NCBI GenBank assembly: GCA_000388065.2
Contig: KB932201.1
DNA from: Fonticula alba ATCC 38817
Taxonomy: Eukaryota; Protista; Nucleariida
Direction: 5' to 3' (one strand)
DNA length: 64,000 nucleotides
Part shown: one piece after another, positions 24,681 through 42,719 of the stretch
Layout of the letters: each line of letters opens with the position of its first letter
How positions within the stretch are numbered: position 1 is the stretch's first letter
The notes under the pieces: model-generated
Told to the model about the DNA's origin: nothing
The model's input: the letters and a program-made list of their open reading frames with translations, nothing else
Database searches by the model: none
Translations under genes and position numbers: made by a program

Positions 24681-25016
24681 TTACTTGTTGGCGCCGGGGG
24701 CGAAGCCACCGTTCTTAGCGGCCTCCTCCTCCATGACCTGGGCACGCGGGCGGTTGCCATAGCGCTGGATGTAGTCCTTTTCCCGCTTGAAGAGGAGGAT
24801 GTGCGGCTCCGGGGTGTGGAACATGAAGTGCTCCCAGCCGTGGGACTGAGTGACGCCGAGGTCGCGCCACTCGGACTCACTGAGCAGCTTGTCGCCGCGC
24901 ACAAAGTGCGCAATCTCCTTGGGCAGGATGACGTGACGATACTCGTACTTGTCATCGGCATACTTCTCCGAGTACATGATCTTCGCGCGAGCGGCGGCGG
25001 AGATCTGGGCGTTCAT
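24681..25016 (-). CDS. CKS1: Cyclin-dependent kinases regulatory subunit Cks1/suc1 (111 aa, intronless)
   Basis: [19 protein letters not shown]...[35 protein letters not shown] is the canonical CKS signature. Confidence 0.97.
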   Translation of the reverse strand: MNAQISAAARAKIMYSEKYADDKYEYRHVILPKEIAHFVRGDKLLSESEWRDLGVTQSHGWEHFMFHTPEPHILLFKREKDYIQRYGNRPRAQVMEEEAAKNGGFAPGANK

Positions 25017-25308
25017 GGTGTGCGAGAAGGGCTAGGGTACTGTGTGTGTGTGTGTGTGTGTGCCGCGGGAGAGACGCAGGAAGGTCAGTGCGGGTCTCGG
25101 TGATGTGGCAAGTGTGGCATGGGCCTTGTGGCTGGGCTGGTGAGGGGCGGCGGCAGGAGGGGGCATGCGCCGCGGGCGGCGAAGGAGCGGAAGGTGCGGG
25201 GAAGTGGGTGATAAATACGTTTTGATCGGGCGCGGAGGAAGGAGGGGAAAGAGATGTGTGTGTGTGTGGGGGGGGGGAGGGGGCACTCGGGGGGGGGGGG
25301 GGGGGGTG

Positions 25309-25351
25309 GAAAGACCAACACGCATGCGCCCTCTCTTCTGGGGCATCCCAG
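25309..25351. repeat. 43-bp direct repeat, copy 2; runs into an assembly gap
   Basis: Identical to 23774-23816; N-gap starts at 25352. Confidence 0.9.
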
Positions 25352-26941
25352 NNNNNNNNNNNNNNNNNNNNNNNNNNNNNNNNNNNNNNNNNNNNNNNNN
25401 NNNNNNNNNNNNNNNNNNNNNNNNNNNNNNNNNNNNNNNNNNNNNNNNNNNNNNNNNNNNNNNNNNNNNNNNNNNNNNNNNNNNNNNNNNNNNNNNNNNN
25501 NCAGCGCCGGCCGCCCCCGTTCGAGGTTGGCCCCGGCCTGGGCGCGACCCGACCGGGCGTCTGGCTGCATTTGCGGCTCGCGTCCAGAGACTTCGCTGTG
25601 CCCAAAAAGCGAGCCATTCTCGATGTCGAGTCCCGAAAGCGGGGCTATCCATTTTCATCGCCCCGGCGCCCCCCCCCCGATACTTGACCAGATTGCTGGA
25701 CACTTCTATGGGCGCCCGTGGCGCAGAGGCCAGGCACGAGGACGCTGGCACAGTGGCGCGCCCGGGGTGCAGGACCCCAGCCCGCTGGGTTGCACCTCCG
25801 AGGCAGAGAACCCTCGCATGCCGGGGCAGGGGGGCATTGGCGATTATGGGCAACACGCAGACCTACGACTGTTCTCCGCGCGGGCGCGCACCGACACACG
25901 GGGCGCCCTCGCCAAGGCACTGGCATAAAAAAAGAAAAAAAGAGGCAGGGCACACCACAGGGGCCGAGGGCGTTTTTGAATTGCCCCAGGAGGCAGCCGT
26001 TTCTCAAGGCGACACAGTAACGGCCGCCTGAATAATCACATGCCCGCACGTGCCGAAGGAGATCAGATGCCTCTTGACATTTTCAAGGCGGCAGACGTGC
26101 ATGTACAAGGGGAAACCGAGGGGCGGGGGGCGGGGGCGGGGGGGGGAGGCTGCCCGCCGCCAGCCGATCAGCAACCAGGGCGACCCCCTTTTTTTTCTTC
26201 TTCTTCTTTCGCCAGCCCAGATAGGTCCCGCCGCCGCGGCCGCCGCCGCCGCCGGCCCATCCACACAGCAGGGCTCCGGTGTGTGTGTGCCTGTCCGCCC
26301 CTTTTGAGACAGTTGTTTCTCCTATTCTTCCGGTAGGAACAGGCTACGGGATTGTTGTCATTTCCCTTCCTGTTTGTCTCAGGGGGCGGGGGGGGGGGGT
26401 CGCCGGCTGGCGATCTCGCCACATCCCCGGCGCAGCAGGTCAGAGGGCGGCGGACGGAGCTCCCTCTGGCGGCTGCCCCCCCTGCTTCCTGGTGGTAGTT
26501 TGGATCGCGCTGCCCCTCGTGTCAGGTCAGGCCCCAGCCGGCCCGAGGTCAGGTCGATCGATCGCGGGCGATCGGCTAGTTCGCCCTGTCCCCGCCCCCC
26601 CGGATTTCGGAGCTGCCCACCTGTCTGCGGTAAGGCCCGGGGCAAGGGCCCAAGAGCGCCCACACAGTGTGCGGGGCCCAGTCCATCCCCGGACAGAAGC
26701 CCTCCCTTTCTCCATCTCTCCCGACCGCTCCCTGCACTTCCTTCGGCCCCTCCCCCCCTTCCCTCCCCCCCTCCGTCCCTCCCCTCCCTTTCCCTCTCTC
26801 CGTATTCCTCCGGTGCGGCCCTAGTTCATGATGCCTTTCGTGCCCCCTCGACCCCCGAAAACTCACCCTTCCTCCCCTCTCCCCGCTCTATCTCCCTTTG
26901 ATTCTCCCTGAATTTCTGGCTCCTGCTCTCTTCCAGACACC

Positions 26942-27672
26942 ATGACGAACTTCGAGTCAGAGCAGTTTTTCAAGCAGCTCAAGGACGGTGTTTCCGGCTT
27001 GCCGAGTGACGCCAAAGACCGCATCCTCAAACAGGTTTCTCCCTCCCCCCCCCTCTCTACCTCTCTACCTCTCTACCTCTCTACCTCTCTACCTCTCTAC
27101 CTCTCTACCTCTCTACCTCTCTTTCGCCGTGAACATGCACTAAGCCGCCAATCCCCCCCCCCCTTCTCCCCCCATACCTTCCTTCCTCCCCTCGCTCCTC
27201 GCCTCTTGGCAGGTGAACGGCCTCTTCCAGTTTGACATCACCAACTCCGAGGGTGTGACCAAAATCTGGACGCTCGACCTCAAGGCCGGCACTGCCACCG
27301 CCGGGTCCCTGGTCGAGGGGCCAATTTCTGGCCGCCGGCCAGACGTGATCCTTAAGATGACCGATGAGAACTTTGCAAAGATGGCCCGTGGCGAGCTCAA
27401 TGGTGCCTTACTCCTGCTCACCTTCTGCTCCCCAGCATGCCTATCGTCTGCCACATGACTCTCTCTCTCCCTCCCTCTCTCTCTCTCTCTCTCTCTTTCT
27501 TTCCTTCGCTGTCCTGACACTCCACACACCACTACACCGCATTCGCTCATGCGCGCCTCTCATGTCCACAGGGCAGAAGGCTTTCATGGCCGGGCAGCTG
27601 AAGGTCCGTGGCAAGATTGTCCTCGCCACCAAACTCGACACCATCCTCAAGACCGTCCGGGCTGCCGCCTAA
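26942..27672 (+). CDS. SCP2: Stand-alone SCP-2 sterol/lipid transfer domain protein (~127 aa)
   Basis: Exons 26942-27034, 27213-27402, 27572-27672. Motifs VNGLFQFDI..WTLDLK, PDVILKMTDENF and GQKAFMAGQLKVRGKIVLATKL. Confidence 0.92.
27053..27121 (+). repeat. (CTCTCTAC)n 8-bp tandem repeat in SCP2 intron 1
   Basis: About 8 consecutive units read directly. Confidence 0.9.
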
Positions 27673-28900
27673 GGTGTCACTCCCCTTCCTTTGCAAAAAG
27701 CATGGCCGCTGAGATGGCCCTTCGGCCCAGGAGACCGTCTCTTCCGGATAACTATACCAGCTCCCATGAATGCCCCCTCCTCCTTTTGCATGGAGAATGT
27801 GTCGATCATCCATGCCCTCTCTGTGCCTCCCGATGCCCCTTCTGCTGGCGTCCCGAAAAGCATCCCGTCGACAGGGTCTCGTCCTGCCTCCCGGCCCCGC
27901 CACCTAAGCATCCTGGATGGGGGGCTCCTTCAACAATACATCTCGGCCCTGCGTGATCGTGCCCTGCCTCACCCGTCAGAGTGATACCCTCCCTCTGGCG
28001 ACCCCGTGCCCGACAGGGTGGGTCTCTGCTCCGCAGAGAGGATGGCGGACGAAGGGGGCGGCCAAGCAGGGCGGGGGCGGGGGGGAGGAACGGGCCGGAT
28101 CTCCAGACCTCCGGAGCGACCAACTGCCAACGGTCGAGCGGTTCTGCGGAATGACAATAGGCGCAGGGATAATTGCTTGCAGGCGGGAGGGGGTGGTGGC
28201 GGCCGGTGGCGGCGGTGGCCCAGGTGCGCTCCGGGCAGCGGGCCACCGGAGCGAGCAGGACAGACACATATATGCGGCACGCAAAATGTCCATCAAACAT
28301 AGCCCTAACATGGGGGATGGCTCTGAGGCGCGGCACCGACCTCGGCGCCGGAACTGACCCGGCACAAAAACCAGCAGACTCGCCGGGCGGGTGGGTGCAC
28401 TCGGCCGGAGCGGCAAGGCATGTCCAAGCATCATAATCCGGTAGAATTCTCTTCCGCAATGAGGGAGTTGGTATTTGCCCTAGCACCATGGTGTTTCCTC
28501 GTGCGCGTCCCCGCCGGTGAGGGTGTCGGGGGGTGGCGTGTGCGCGCGCGCGCGTTTGGGTGGAGGTCGTTTTTTCCCCCAGCGGCCCTGCGGCGTTCCA
28601 CTTCCTCCTTTTAAGCCCTCGGGCCACGCCGCGATTCTTGGGGTCGCGCGTCCTTCGCTCGCCGTTGTGGGGCACCACAGGTGGAGGAGCGTGGGGGGAT
28701 GCTGCTCGAGAGGGGTAGTTTCCCACCGGCCGCTTGCCAATCTACAAGTCGTGTGCGAGCGCACCCGCCTTTGGCCGCTCCGGCCGACGGCCGCAATGTC
28801 GTACGGTGGTTCCAGCCGCGCTGCCGCCGTGTGGCTTCCAGCACCCGCACGATCGCCGAGTCCGGTCGCACTCTCATGAGAAGTGTGGACACGGACGCGC

Positions 28901-28941
<41 letters not shown>

Positions 28942-29172
28942 CGCACGCCCACGCTCGTGCACACTGCTCCGCGCATTTGAAGGACACTGGGCTGCCCTCG
29001 ATCACCGGACGGCCTCCGCTATATGCGGTCTTTGCCATCGCGCTTCATCCCTCTCTCCCCTCTGCCCCTTGCTCCGCGCGACCGCGCTCTGGCCTTTTCT
29101 TTCCTCTCCCTCCCCCTCCCTCTCTTCTCTCGCCGCCCTTCCTTCGCCCGCTGCCGCTGTCCATTTCGAACC

Positions 29173-33267
<4,095 letters not shown>

Positions 33268-33838
33268 GGCTTCCTCCCCCGTCCGATGGACCGTGCCATC
33301 CCGTCCTGCTGCCCCTCCGCCCCCTCCCTCTCCCCCTCCTTCGCTCCTCCCCTTCCTCCGCATGTACCTTTCCTCTCCTGTCCACCTTGGCCCTTTGTCT
33401 GTGCCAATTCGTGCAGCGGAGTGCCCCCTTGACCTTGTTTCCTTTCTCCCTACTCCTCCTCGGGGGAGCCCTCGGGACATGGCTGCCAAGATGATTGTGC
33501 CGCTGATCTTCCCCTCCCCCCGTTGCTTCTCCTCCTGCTCATCGCGCGCCGTCCCCTCTCCTCGGGCGCGAAAGCGCGCCCGTGTGTACAATAGAAAAAT
33601 CCTCGCACAAAACGCAGCAACAGAGGGCTGTCCATTCTTCGGGTTTCCCCCTTTCGACCGAGAGCCAGTCACACCCCGCCACCCGTGCGGGCGGTTTGCA
33701 TTTCCGACACCAGGGTCAGGAGCTTCGGGTGGCGGGCCAAGAAAAAAAAAAAAAAAAAAAAAGGTCAGTGGCCGGCAAAGCATGCATCCGCAGCTGGCAA
33801 GGGTCTCGCAGGCTTCCCCTTTCTTCGCCATTGATCGG

Positions 33839-35996
33839 TCAACCACGTACCTCATTGGCTGGGAGTTCCCCCGTGGCTTCAGCTGGCTGGAAAGTCAGAT
33901 CCCGGAGAAGCAAGCCACCCTCGCCGAGGGGCAGGGCGGACCGATCAATCCGAGCATCGACAACCACATCGGCAGACAAAGCCGCAAACGTGTGTAGGGC
34001 CGGAAGTCTCAGCGGGCACCCGGGGGCATGGCTGAACACCGGGTCGAAATCGGCTGAAAGCAAGGCGAGGTCAGTATGGCCAAGGATTCACGGCTGGGAC
34101 AGCGCAATGCAAACGCACGGAGGCTGAGGGCTGCCTGTCGGTAGCGAGTTAAACTTTGCCGCTGTCCAGCGGGAGGAAAGGAAGAGTGATTCGCGCGCGC
34201 GCGCGCGCGCGCGCGTGCCGGCGTGCGTGTCAGTATCACGAGGCAGGGCAAGAAAGTGCACAAGAAAGTGCCACACATACGCACCTGGCGCCTGGACGGC
34301 AGGGCCACAGTGGTGGCTTTGCCAGCGGTGACCTTTCCAGTGTTGCGGCTACCGCCATAAAGGATGCTGTCCGTGTCGAAGGGCAGAATGCCGGGCAGGG
34401 AGGAGGTGGCATCGCGTTCGGGCACAGCCCAACCGAAGGGCAGCCAGGGGCCATGATCCACGGGCCGGGCTGGCTTCGTCGCAGCAGGGTCATCGTCGAT
34501 GCGGGCCAGGCGAGCTTGGATGGCCAATTGCCCGACACGTTCCACACCCGAAGCCGGGCGGAGATGCGAATCAAAAAGACGCTGCGGCTCCGAAGTCCCC
34601 TTCGTGTGGTCCTCCCCACCAGCGGCCGATCTGGCAGCCGGGGGGATGGACCGACCGGAAAAGAGCCACTTCCCGCGAACCTGGCAGCACAAGACACACA
34701 GAAACGTCTGGCTATGCACCGGCGGCGGCATGTCATCGCCGTCAGATCCAAGGCATGCGCTTGGCTGGCGGGACATATGAAGCCCCAGGTAATCCGAGAG
34801 GCGCGTTGCCTGAGGGTCGTCACAGATGGGTGGGCGCCGGTCGGCGGCCGACGACAGAAGCCCCGGCAGGCCGCGCGTGGCGATCCAGCCAAAGTCCGAT
34901 GATGCCGGCCGCCGAGTCGGGGAGGCGAGGCATGCCCTGCCCTCGGCCACGCGCCAGAACAGAGCGCTGACGAAGAAAAGCAACGAAACGAGATCCTCTT
35001 GGTGCGCGTGTGAGAAAGGGACAGACGAAGGGCACAGGGCACGGAGGGGTAAAAGAGAAGGACAGAGAGACAGAGAGAGGGAAGCAGCGGGGGAAAGGAA
35101 CCGCCTCCGCCCGAGCGGAGCGAGTGGGCAGACATACCCACGCCCTGAAGGTCGGCCGAGTGCTCCCGGCTCGGGCAGGTAGAAAGGTGGACTTGGCGCA
35201 GGCGATCGACGTGTCGACTGCGCACGCGCAACTGGCACCGGGTGGATGCCAAGATGTCGGCCATGCGGGTATCGCTCGCCGGGCGAACTGACGGAACCAC
35301 CGCCAGCGCCCCGCAGTGCCGACAGGTCAAGCCCTCAAGGCCTTCCTCCCGGGGGGCAAGGCCCTCCGTGTCGGGGCAGCGTTGCCGGTCAAAGCCCAGC
35401 AGCCAGCAGGACAGCGGCGAGAGTGGCTGCTGCTGATGCAGACGCTGGACCCAAGCATGGAGGGGCGAGTTCTCGGCGGCGGCGGAGGCGGCGGCGGCGG
35501 CGGCCACCGAGAGGAAGGGCTTCAGGGTGGCCGGGACAACGGCACTCGGCTCGATTGGTGCATCCAAGTCCGAAGAGAGACCGCCGGCGCCGGGCAGAGG
35601 AGGGATGCTCCATCCGGCGGAGCCAGGCTGATGCGCACCATTGCGGCAGGATGGTCAGTTGCACGGGCTGGAGGGGGCCGGTCGAGGAAGATCACCGGCA
35701 GACGTACAAGGAAATACTCCTGCAGCCGGAGGAGTAGGCCTCGGCCGCGGGCAATCTCTTGGTTTAAGATCCGGCAAAAGTGTCCCTCTGCCCGGATCAA
35801 GGTGTCCGGCTGCGGGGCAGCAGAGCTACGAGTGGCACGGGTCAGGGCATTGTCAACACCCGGGGGCAGCGGGCAGCGATCCAAGGTGCAAGCGTCCAAC
35901 GCACGAAGAGAAGACCGATTGCGGCGAGCCAAGTGAGAGGATCAGCTGCTCGAGTAGGTGGCGGTGTGCAGCAATGTCGGCTTCGTCGGCCGCCAT
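33839..35996 (-). CDS. ZC3HC1: ZC3HC1/NIPA/Pml39/Rsm1-like C3HC zinc-finger protein
   Basis: About 6 exons from ATG 35996. First module LSPLSCWLLGF...LTCRHCG...LRQVHLSTCP. Second module FLCVLCCQVRGKWLF ... FDPVFSHAPGCP. 3' end uncertain. Confidence 0.7.
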
Positions 35997-36410
35997 GATT
36001 GGTCTGGGTCGCCCTGCCAGGACGAGCGGCCGACAGCCGAGGAACAGCGGCTGGAAGCGCCCAGCAGCACGCGCCCAGGCGTTTGGTCAGGAGGGGAAGG
36101 GAGAGAGGGGGGGGGGAGGGGCAAGGAGGGGCGAGGGACAGGGCTCGGTGAGGGAGGGAGGGAGAGAGGGGCATGGGGGCAGTGCATGTGAGAGGGGACT
36201 TGGCGGCGGTGCATCGCCGCTGGCCAGGGCGGGGGCTCAAGAGCAGGACACGGAGATACATTGGCAGTTCCGCCCCCCTCGCCCGTGAGGCCCCATTGCG
36301 GAGCGCGATAAGCCCTCCGGCGGCATCCGCCAGAGCCGACGAACACATGCGAGTCATGTGGGTGTATAATATCTATTGTGGGCGAAGAGACAGCGGGGGG
36401 GGGGCCATTC

Positions 36411-37782
36411 TCAATCGGCCTGCCGGCCAGCTGGCGGGTCGGGCGTAGGACCTGAGCCGCGTGGAGTGGCAGGCGTGGGCTCCGGCGGGGACACGAGGCT
36501 CCCGGGAAAAGCGAGCTCCGACACTGGCGAGGCGTTCGGACTGGCATCCGGCTCATCGGCAGGGGCTTGCACTGGCACCAGATCCGGACTGGACGTCGGG
36601 GCAGGTGGCAGGACAGTCGGCTCGATTGCCGGGGCTGCCTGCAGGGGGGCCCCTCCGAGGGGGTCCTCTGCACCAGGCAGGTGGACATTCGGCAGGGCCA
36701 ATTCGGCGGGCTCGCCGCCGGCCTCACCCGCTGCGGCTGTGGCGGGGGCGGAGGACCCACTGATCGGGCTATTGGGGGGGTTTACTTCAGCCCCATTTTG
36801 ACGATCCTCACTGATCGGTGGAGGCTGCTCGGGCGCGGGCGCGGGCGCGGGCGCGGGCGTCGGCGAGGGAGGCGAGCAAGGAGCTGCCAGCGGGCAAAGA
36901 TCCGGAGAGGACTGGCGCTGGGCGGCCAGAGCGGCCACCGAGGCGTAGCTAGATCCGGAGCCTGGGGCCGGCGTATAAGCGGGAGAGGGTGGTCAGGGCC
37001 GGGCCAAAGGACAAAGGCGTTTGGCGAAGAGAGAAAGGAGGAGGCAGAAAGGCGAAAGTGCCGGAGTGCGAACCTGTGCGTGGCGGTCGAAGGGTCTCGG
37101 CCGGTGGAAGGAGCGCCCTGAGAGCCGCACAGTTGGCCTCATCCTCCAGCGACTGAGCCAGCCGGCGCCAAGCCTTCATCGTGCAGGCGGACCAGAACGC
37201 GGCCAGCTGCTCGGCATCCATGCAGAAGAGCAGGAATTCGTGGAACAAATGGTCGTAGTCGAAGCCCGAAATTCTGAGCCACGGGGCAACGCGCGTCGGA
37301 GGCGGAGGGGGGATATGAGGAGGTTAGGGGTGGCAGATTGGCACCCATGGCCATGGCCAGGGGCGGGGGAGGAGAACGGGGAGGGGTCCTCAAGAGAACG
37401 CACTTGCTGCAGAAGACGTGGTTGTGCTCCCAGAGGAAGCCGCCATCATCCTCAAGCAGGTGGACCAATGCCGTGCCGGTCCGGTGAATGTACTGGTCAT
37501 AGAGGTACTCCGGCTGCCGAAGGGAGGCGGTGACGACGTGGCCCGGGAACTGGCGCTTGGTGGCCACTGTCCGAGGAGGGCAGCGACAGACAGACAGACA
37601 GGCAGACAGACAGACAAGCAGACAGACAAGCAGACAGGCAGACAGACAGGCAGACAGACAGACAAGCAGACAGACAAGCAGACAGGCAGACAGGCAGACA
37701 GACAGACAGGCAGACAGACAGACAGACAGACAGACAGACNNNNNNNNNNCAGACAGGCAGACAGGCAGACAGACAGACAGGC

Positions 37783-37819
<37 letters not shown>

Positions 37820-40800
37820 GGCAGACAGACAAGCAGACAGACAAGCAGACAGACAAGCAGACAGACAAGCAGACAGACAAGCAGACAGACAGGAGGTCAG
37901 TGTGCGGGCAGGCGCGACCGGGAGCAGCGAGGAGGAAGAGCGGGCATGGTTCGGATGGATTGGAGCGCACCGATATCCAACAGGAAGTCGAACTTCAGCA
38001 GGAGTTCGTGGCCGAAGAAGGTGGCCGGCAGGTCCAGCAGCTGGGCAATGAAGGTGGCCACACTCAGGCGCAGGGCTTCCGGGATGACCATGCTCCCGTG
38101 CGGGTCGAAGGGGTGGTCCAGCGGAGCCAGCGCCGGAGACGACCCGCCCGGGCCCGGGCCCGGGCCAGCGCTCGGGTCGGCGAAGGTCCCCCGGAAGGCA
38201 TGCTCGTAAAGGACCTGCCGGGTTAGGCGGTTGATGGTGGTGACGATTTTGGGCGGGGGATGGGCAAAGGACACCTGCGGCAGGGACCCGAAAGGATCGC
38301 CCACCTTGGAGTAAGCCGGTGCCACCGGGACCTCGACCATGGTCATGCCAAAGGTCGAGGCCCGGCGCTGCCATTGTTGGATCATGTCCTCGAGGATGCG
38401 GGCCGTGCAGGCGACCCACTGCAGGTCGAAGTGATACAAAAGCCCCGGGTCAAAGTGCTGCTCGTAGTGGAGGAAGGCCCACTCGGTGCGGTCACTTCGC
38501 GTGGCGGAGCGCGGGAGGAGGGGCATTTGGCCGGGGAATGGTGCAGGTAAGTCAGTCACTGGAAGCGGGCACCGAGCGGGCGGGCGGGCGGGCGGGCGGG
38601 CGGGCGGGCGGGCGGTGGCGCGCGTGCGCACCTCTTTTTCAAGGGATCCGCATCCAGCACCAGGGACTTGGTCTTCTGGATGACACCCAGTTTGGGCGGA
38701 GCCGGGGAGATGGCCGAGGACCGCCGGGTCGCATCGTTTGCCGGGTCGGCGGAGGCAGCAGGCAGAGGCGCCGCCGCCGCCGGGGCCGGGGCCGGGACCG
38801 CCAATGTCGGAGCCGTGCTCTGCCGCGGCAGAACCGGGAAGGTGCTCGGGGTCATGCGCTCCGGTGTCGAGGGGGCGGTCATGCTGCCGGGGCCGGCGGA
38901 TGGGGCAGGGCCGGCGGCTGCCGCGGCTGCCGCCCCGGCGGAAAGGCCCTTCAGATCCAATAACGGCGAGGAGGCACCAAGCAGCGACACATATGACGAA
39001 GAGGCCGACCAATTCTTGGTGATCCGGAACCAGCGTTTGCTAAAGGGCTCAACTGGGGCAATGTCCGGCGGGGGGCCCACCCCGGGGGAGGGCTGCTGCG
39101 CGAGGGCCGGCGGCGGGGTGGCCGAGCCGAGGGCCGTGTCTGTGTCACCAGCGGCCGGGGCCGGGGCAGCGAGTCCAGCCGACGCAGCCGGCTCGACATT
39201 CGGCGGCGTCACAAGCATCTCATTCACCTGGTAGTAAAACAAGCCGTCGATCATGTTGTGCGCATGGATGACGTGCAGGATAACCCGGCGGCGGAGGAGG
39301 TCCCGGCCAAATTGCAGCGCATCCTCCCGCGTGTCGACCCCCTCAACATGGAGCAGGATCCAGTCGATGAGCTCGGTGCCGATGATGCAGCGTTCATACA
39401 CGCACTGGTGCCACACGCGGTTCTTCAGAGAAACGCCACTGTGAAGCCCGGGTTGAACAGGGAGGGAGGGGGGGGGGAGGGGGGGCGGAGAGGGGTGAGA
39501 AATGGCGGACGGCGCGGCACAGGGCAAAGAAGGCAAGCCGACAAGTCTGCCACAACCAAGGGACAGGTGCCGGCGCACGTGAATGCGCGCATGGCCGGCT
39601 ACGCACCCGGTGGGGTCCATCAGGGCTGCGGCGATCTCGGTGGTGGTGGCTCCACGCCGCAGGGTGGGCACCTTGCCCGGGGGAGCCCGCTGCAGATGCC
39701 CGGCGACCTTGACCCACTCGCCGTGCTCGGCCCCGGTGGCCGTGATGCTGAAGGACACCTGGTCCCGGGAGTGGCGGCGATACCGGTGGAAGACCTCGGC
39801 GAAGCGCAATTGGGCTGCGATGCGGAATTCCTCATCGTCAAGCTTCTCCTGGTGGGCAAGCGCGCAAATTTGCATCTGCAGGGTGGACCGCGCGGCGCCG
39901 ATCTTCTTCGGCAGCCAGGGAACCAGGGTGAAGCGCGTGCGCCAGTACTTCAGCGAATCGCTGTGGGCCGGGGCATCGGCGTCCGGCACCAGTCCGGCAA
40001 GCAAATGATCCAGCCGGTTCCAGTTGTACATGGACATTTCCGAGTACTGGAAGGACACCGATGCCGGGCGATAGCACTGCATCGAGGAAAGTAGCGGCTT
40101 CAGCAGGGCCCGACTCACGGACGAGGGGGTCGCTTGGGACCCGGGGCCCGGGGCAAAGGCCGAAGCCGAGGAGGAGGATACCTGTTGCGAGACGCTGGCC
40201 GTGCGCCGGACAGCCAGCGTGCTGGCCGACCGACTGGGCCCGATGGATGCCGGGTCTTCGCTCGAGCCGGAGAGGGTATTCCGCCGGGAGTCGGAGGCTG
40301 GGTCGGTCGAATCGGCCTCCAGCCCCGGGGAGCCGGACTCCAACAGAGCCGCCGCATGTGCGGAGCCCTGCTTGCGGGAGGCCAGCACCAGGACGTCGAC
40401 AAAGTCCTCCGGCACATCGTACCGCTTCCAGACAATGAAGTTGTACGTGACACTCGGCACCTCGCGACGGGACCGGCGCGACGACCGGCGGACCTCGATC
40501 GACTGGGTGTGGACATTGAGATTGAGCTTCAGGCGACCAGGGGGCGGGGGGCGGGGGGCGGGGGGCGGGGGCGGGGGGTGAGGAGACGAAGGGCGAAGAG
40601 GGCTCGGAGTGTTTGAGGGCGCGCTTGGCTGGGAAATGGAGGCAGGTAGGCCGGCCGGCCGGAGGAGAGGCGCACCCGGTGGAAGTCATTGGCCACCGAC
40701 AGGTAGAAAGGCTTGCTGAGCATGTCCAGGGCGGTGACGCCGCCGCCATACACATCGAGCGCATGTGGCCGGGCGGTGCTCGAACTGGCAGTGCTCGAGC

Positions 40801-42688
40801 CAGGCCCCGGGCCGGGACCGGGGCCCGGGCCGGAGCCGAACCCGGGAGCAGGCCCCGGACCCGGGCCCGGGCCCGGATTCAGCCCCTGGGGGAAGGGTGG
40901 CGCGTGCACGAGCCCGGGGGAAGTGATGTCGGCCGGGCCGCCAGCCGCAAGGAGTCCTCCCCCGGTCAGGTTGAGCCCGCCGGCGCCGAGCATGGGGCCG
41001 GAGAAGCCGGCAAACACCGGCCCCGGGGCGCCGAGCCCGGTGATGTCCGATCCGAGCAGGCGCAAGTCCGAGAAAGTCGGCGGGATGATCAGCTGGAACC
41101 CCTGAGCCAGGCGCTGGGCCACGAGCTCGAAGAAAAGAGCCTCAATGCGGTCGTAGAATATTTGCTGGTCATCGTAGCTGCTGAAGAGGGACAGGGTGTA
41201 GGAGTACTCGTTGTAATGCTTGTCCAGCTCCTCCTCAGTCGGGACATAGTCCGTGGTCAGGGGCAAAATGGCCGGGGTTGAAAGGGACAGCCACTTGACG
41301 CCGTCGCCGCCGCGCGAGGAGACCGCCGTCGAGGCGGACGCGCTGTCGCCGAAGGCATGCGGCCCCAGGAGCAGCAGCTCCGACGCCGTCGGCAGGGCAT
41401 CCACACTGGCTGACGCGCCGGCCGGCGGGAGGCCGGACAGGAGGCCAGATCGCGCCCCGCGGCCAGACGCGCCCCCGGCCCCAGGCCTGGGCAGGGCGCC
41501 TGGCGGCATCAATGAGTCGGGGCCGACCGAACGTCCAGAGGCCGGGATGTCAATATTCGAGAGGGCCCCTGCAGGCAGGCAGGCAGGCAGGCGGGCAAGC
41601 GGCCAGGCGATGGGAAGACGTACCGACGCGCCGCGAATGGATGGAGGTGGCGGCCTCAATGGGGAAGGCGTGGTACCAGCGCCGGCGATAGGCACTCAAT
41701 TTGAGTTGGCTATTGGCGGGGTTGGTGGGGTTCAGACGCTTGCCAGACAGGGAGAAGGAGGCCTGTGTCGGCGATGACAGTGGCAGCGGCAGCAGCAGCA
41801 TCAACAGTCAGGGGCCCCCAAATGGCAGTCGGCAGTCGGTGGTCAGCAATATCGGGAGATGTCGTTCGAGAGGCGCCAAAGAGAAGGACACCGGGGGGGG
41901 GGGGGGGGGNNNNNNNNNNNNNNNNNNNNNNNNNNNNNNNNNNNNNNNNNNNNNNNNNNGGGGGGGGGGGGGGAGCGGAATGGCGTGTGGTGACGTGAAG
42001 CCCTGGGAGACAGTGGCGCAAACGCACCGTGTGTCGGGGAACATCGGCCGAGCCGGACCCTGGCGGAGTGGCCGACAGGGCCGGAAGCGGGGCCGAGCCA
42101 AAGGAGTTGCTGCTCGGGCCGAGTGGCGGGGCTCCGCCAAGGCTGGGCAGCCCACCGGGCCCGGACAATGTCGGCAGGGTTCCCCCGAGCCCCGGGATGC
42201 CGGAGCCCAGCGGCGACAGAAGCGCCCCACTGGAAAAGAAGTCCATACCTTGCGCCCCGAATCCCGAGGGGACCGGGGCCGCCCCCCGGGGAGGAAGCTC
42301 GCCCACCGTGGGGGCCGAGTGGTGGTCGAAGGCCCCGCCGAAGCTGGGCGCCGAGAAGGTCGGGAAATCCAACAGCTGAGGCGACTGCCCATGGGCGGCC
42401 CGGCGCCGGCGAAGCATCACCACATCCAGCGACCAGGCAGTCACGGCCATCGGTGTGCCGTACTGCGCGCGGTCGCCGACATGGCCCGCCGGCAGGGGTG
42501 CCGGTGCGCCGATGCGAGGGGCTATGATTTCAGCCAGTTAGACACGACCCATGCATGGGGGCGACAGGGAACAGGAGCCCGGGCAAGGGCGGGCACAAGC
42601 GTACCGGACTATCATCATGCATCTCGAGGCGAGGGTAGGTGCCGGTGGTGCCGGTGGTGCCGGTGGTGGTGGTGGTGGTGGCAGCGAC

Positions 42689-42719
<31 letters not shown>

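Noticed and set aside
37139-38419. ORFs with CLSA/CLSV or DRQT repeats that look like a repeat protein
   Set aside because: They are translations of the intronic (GACA)n array in DEPDC5 intron 18.
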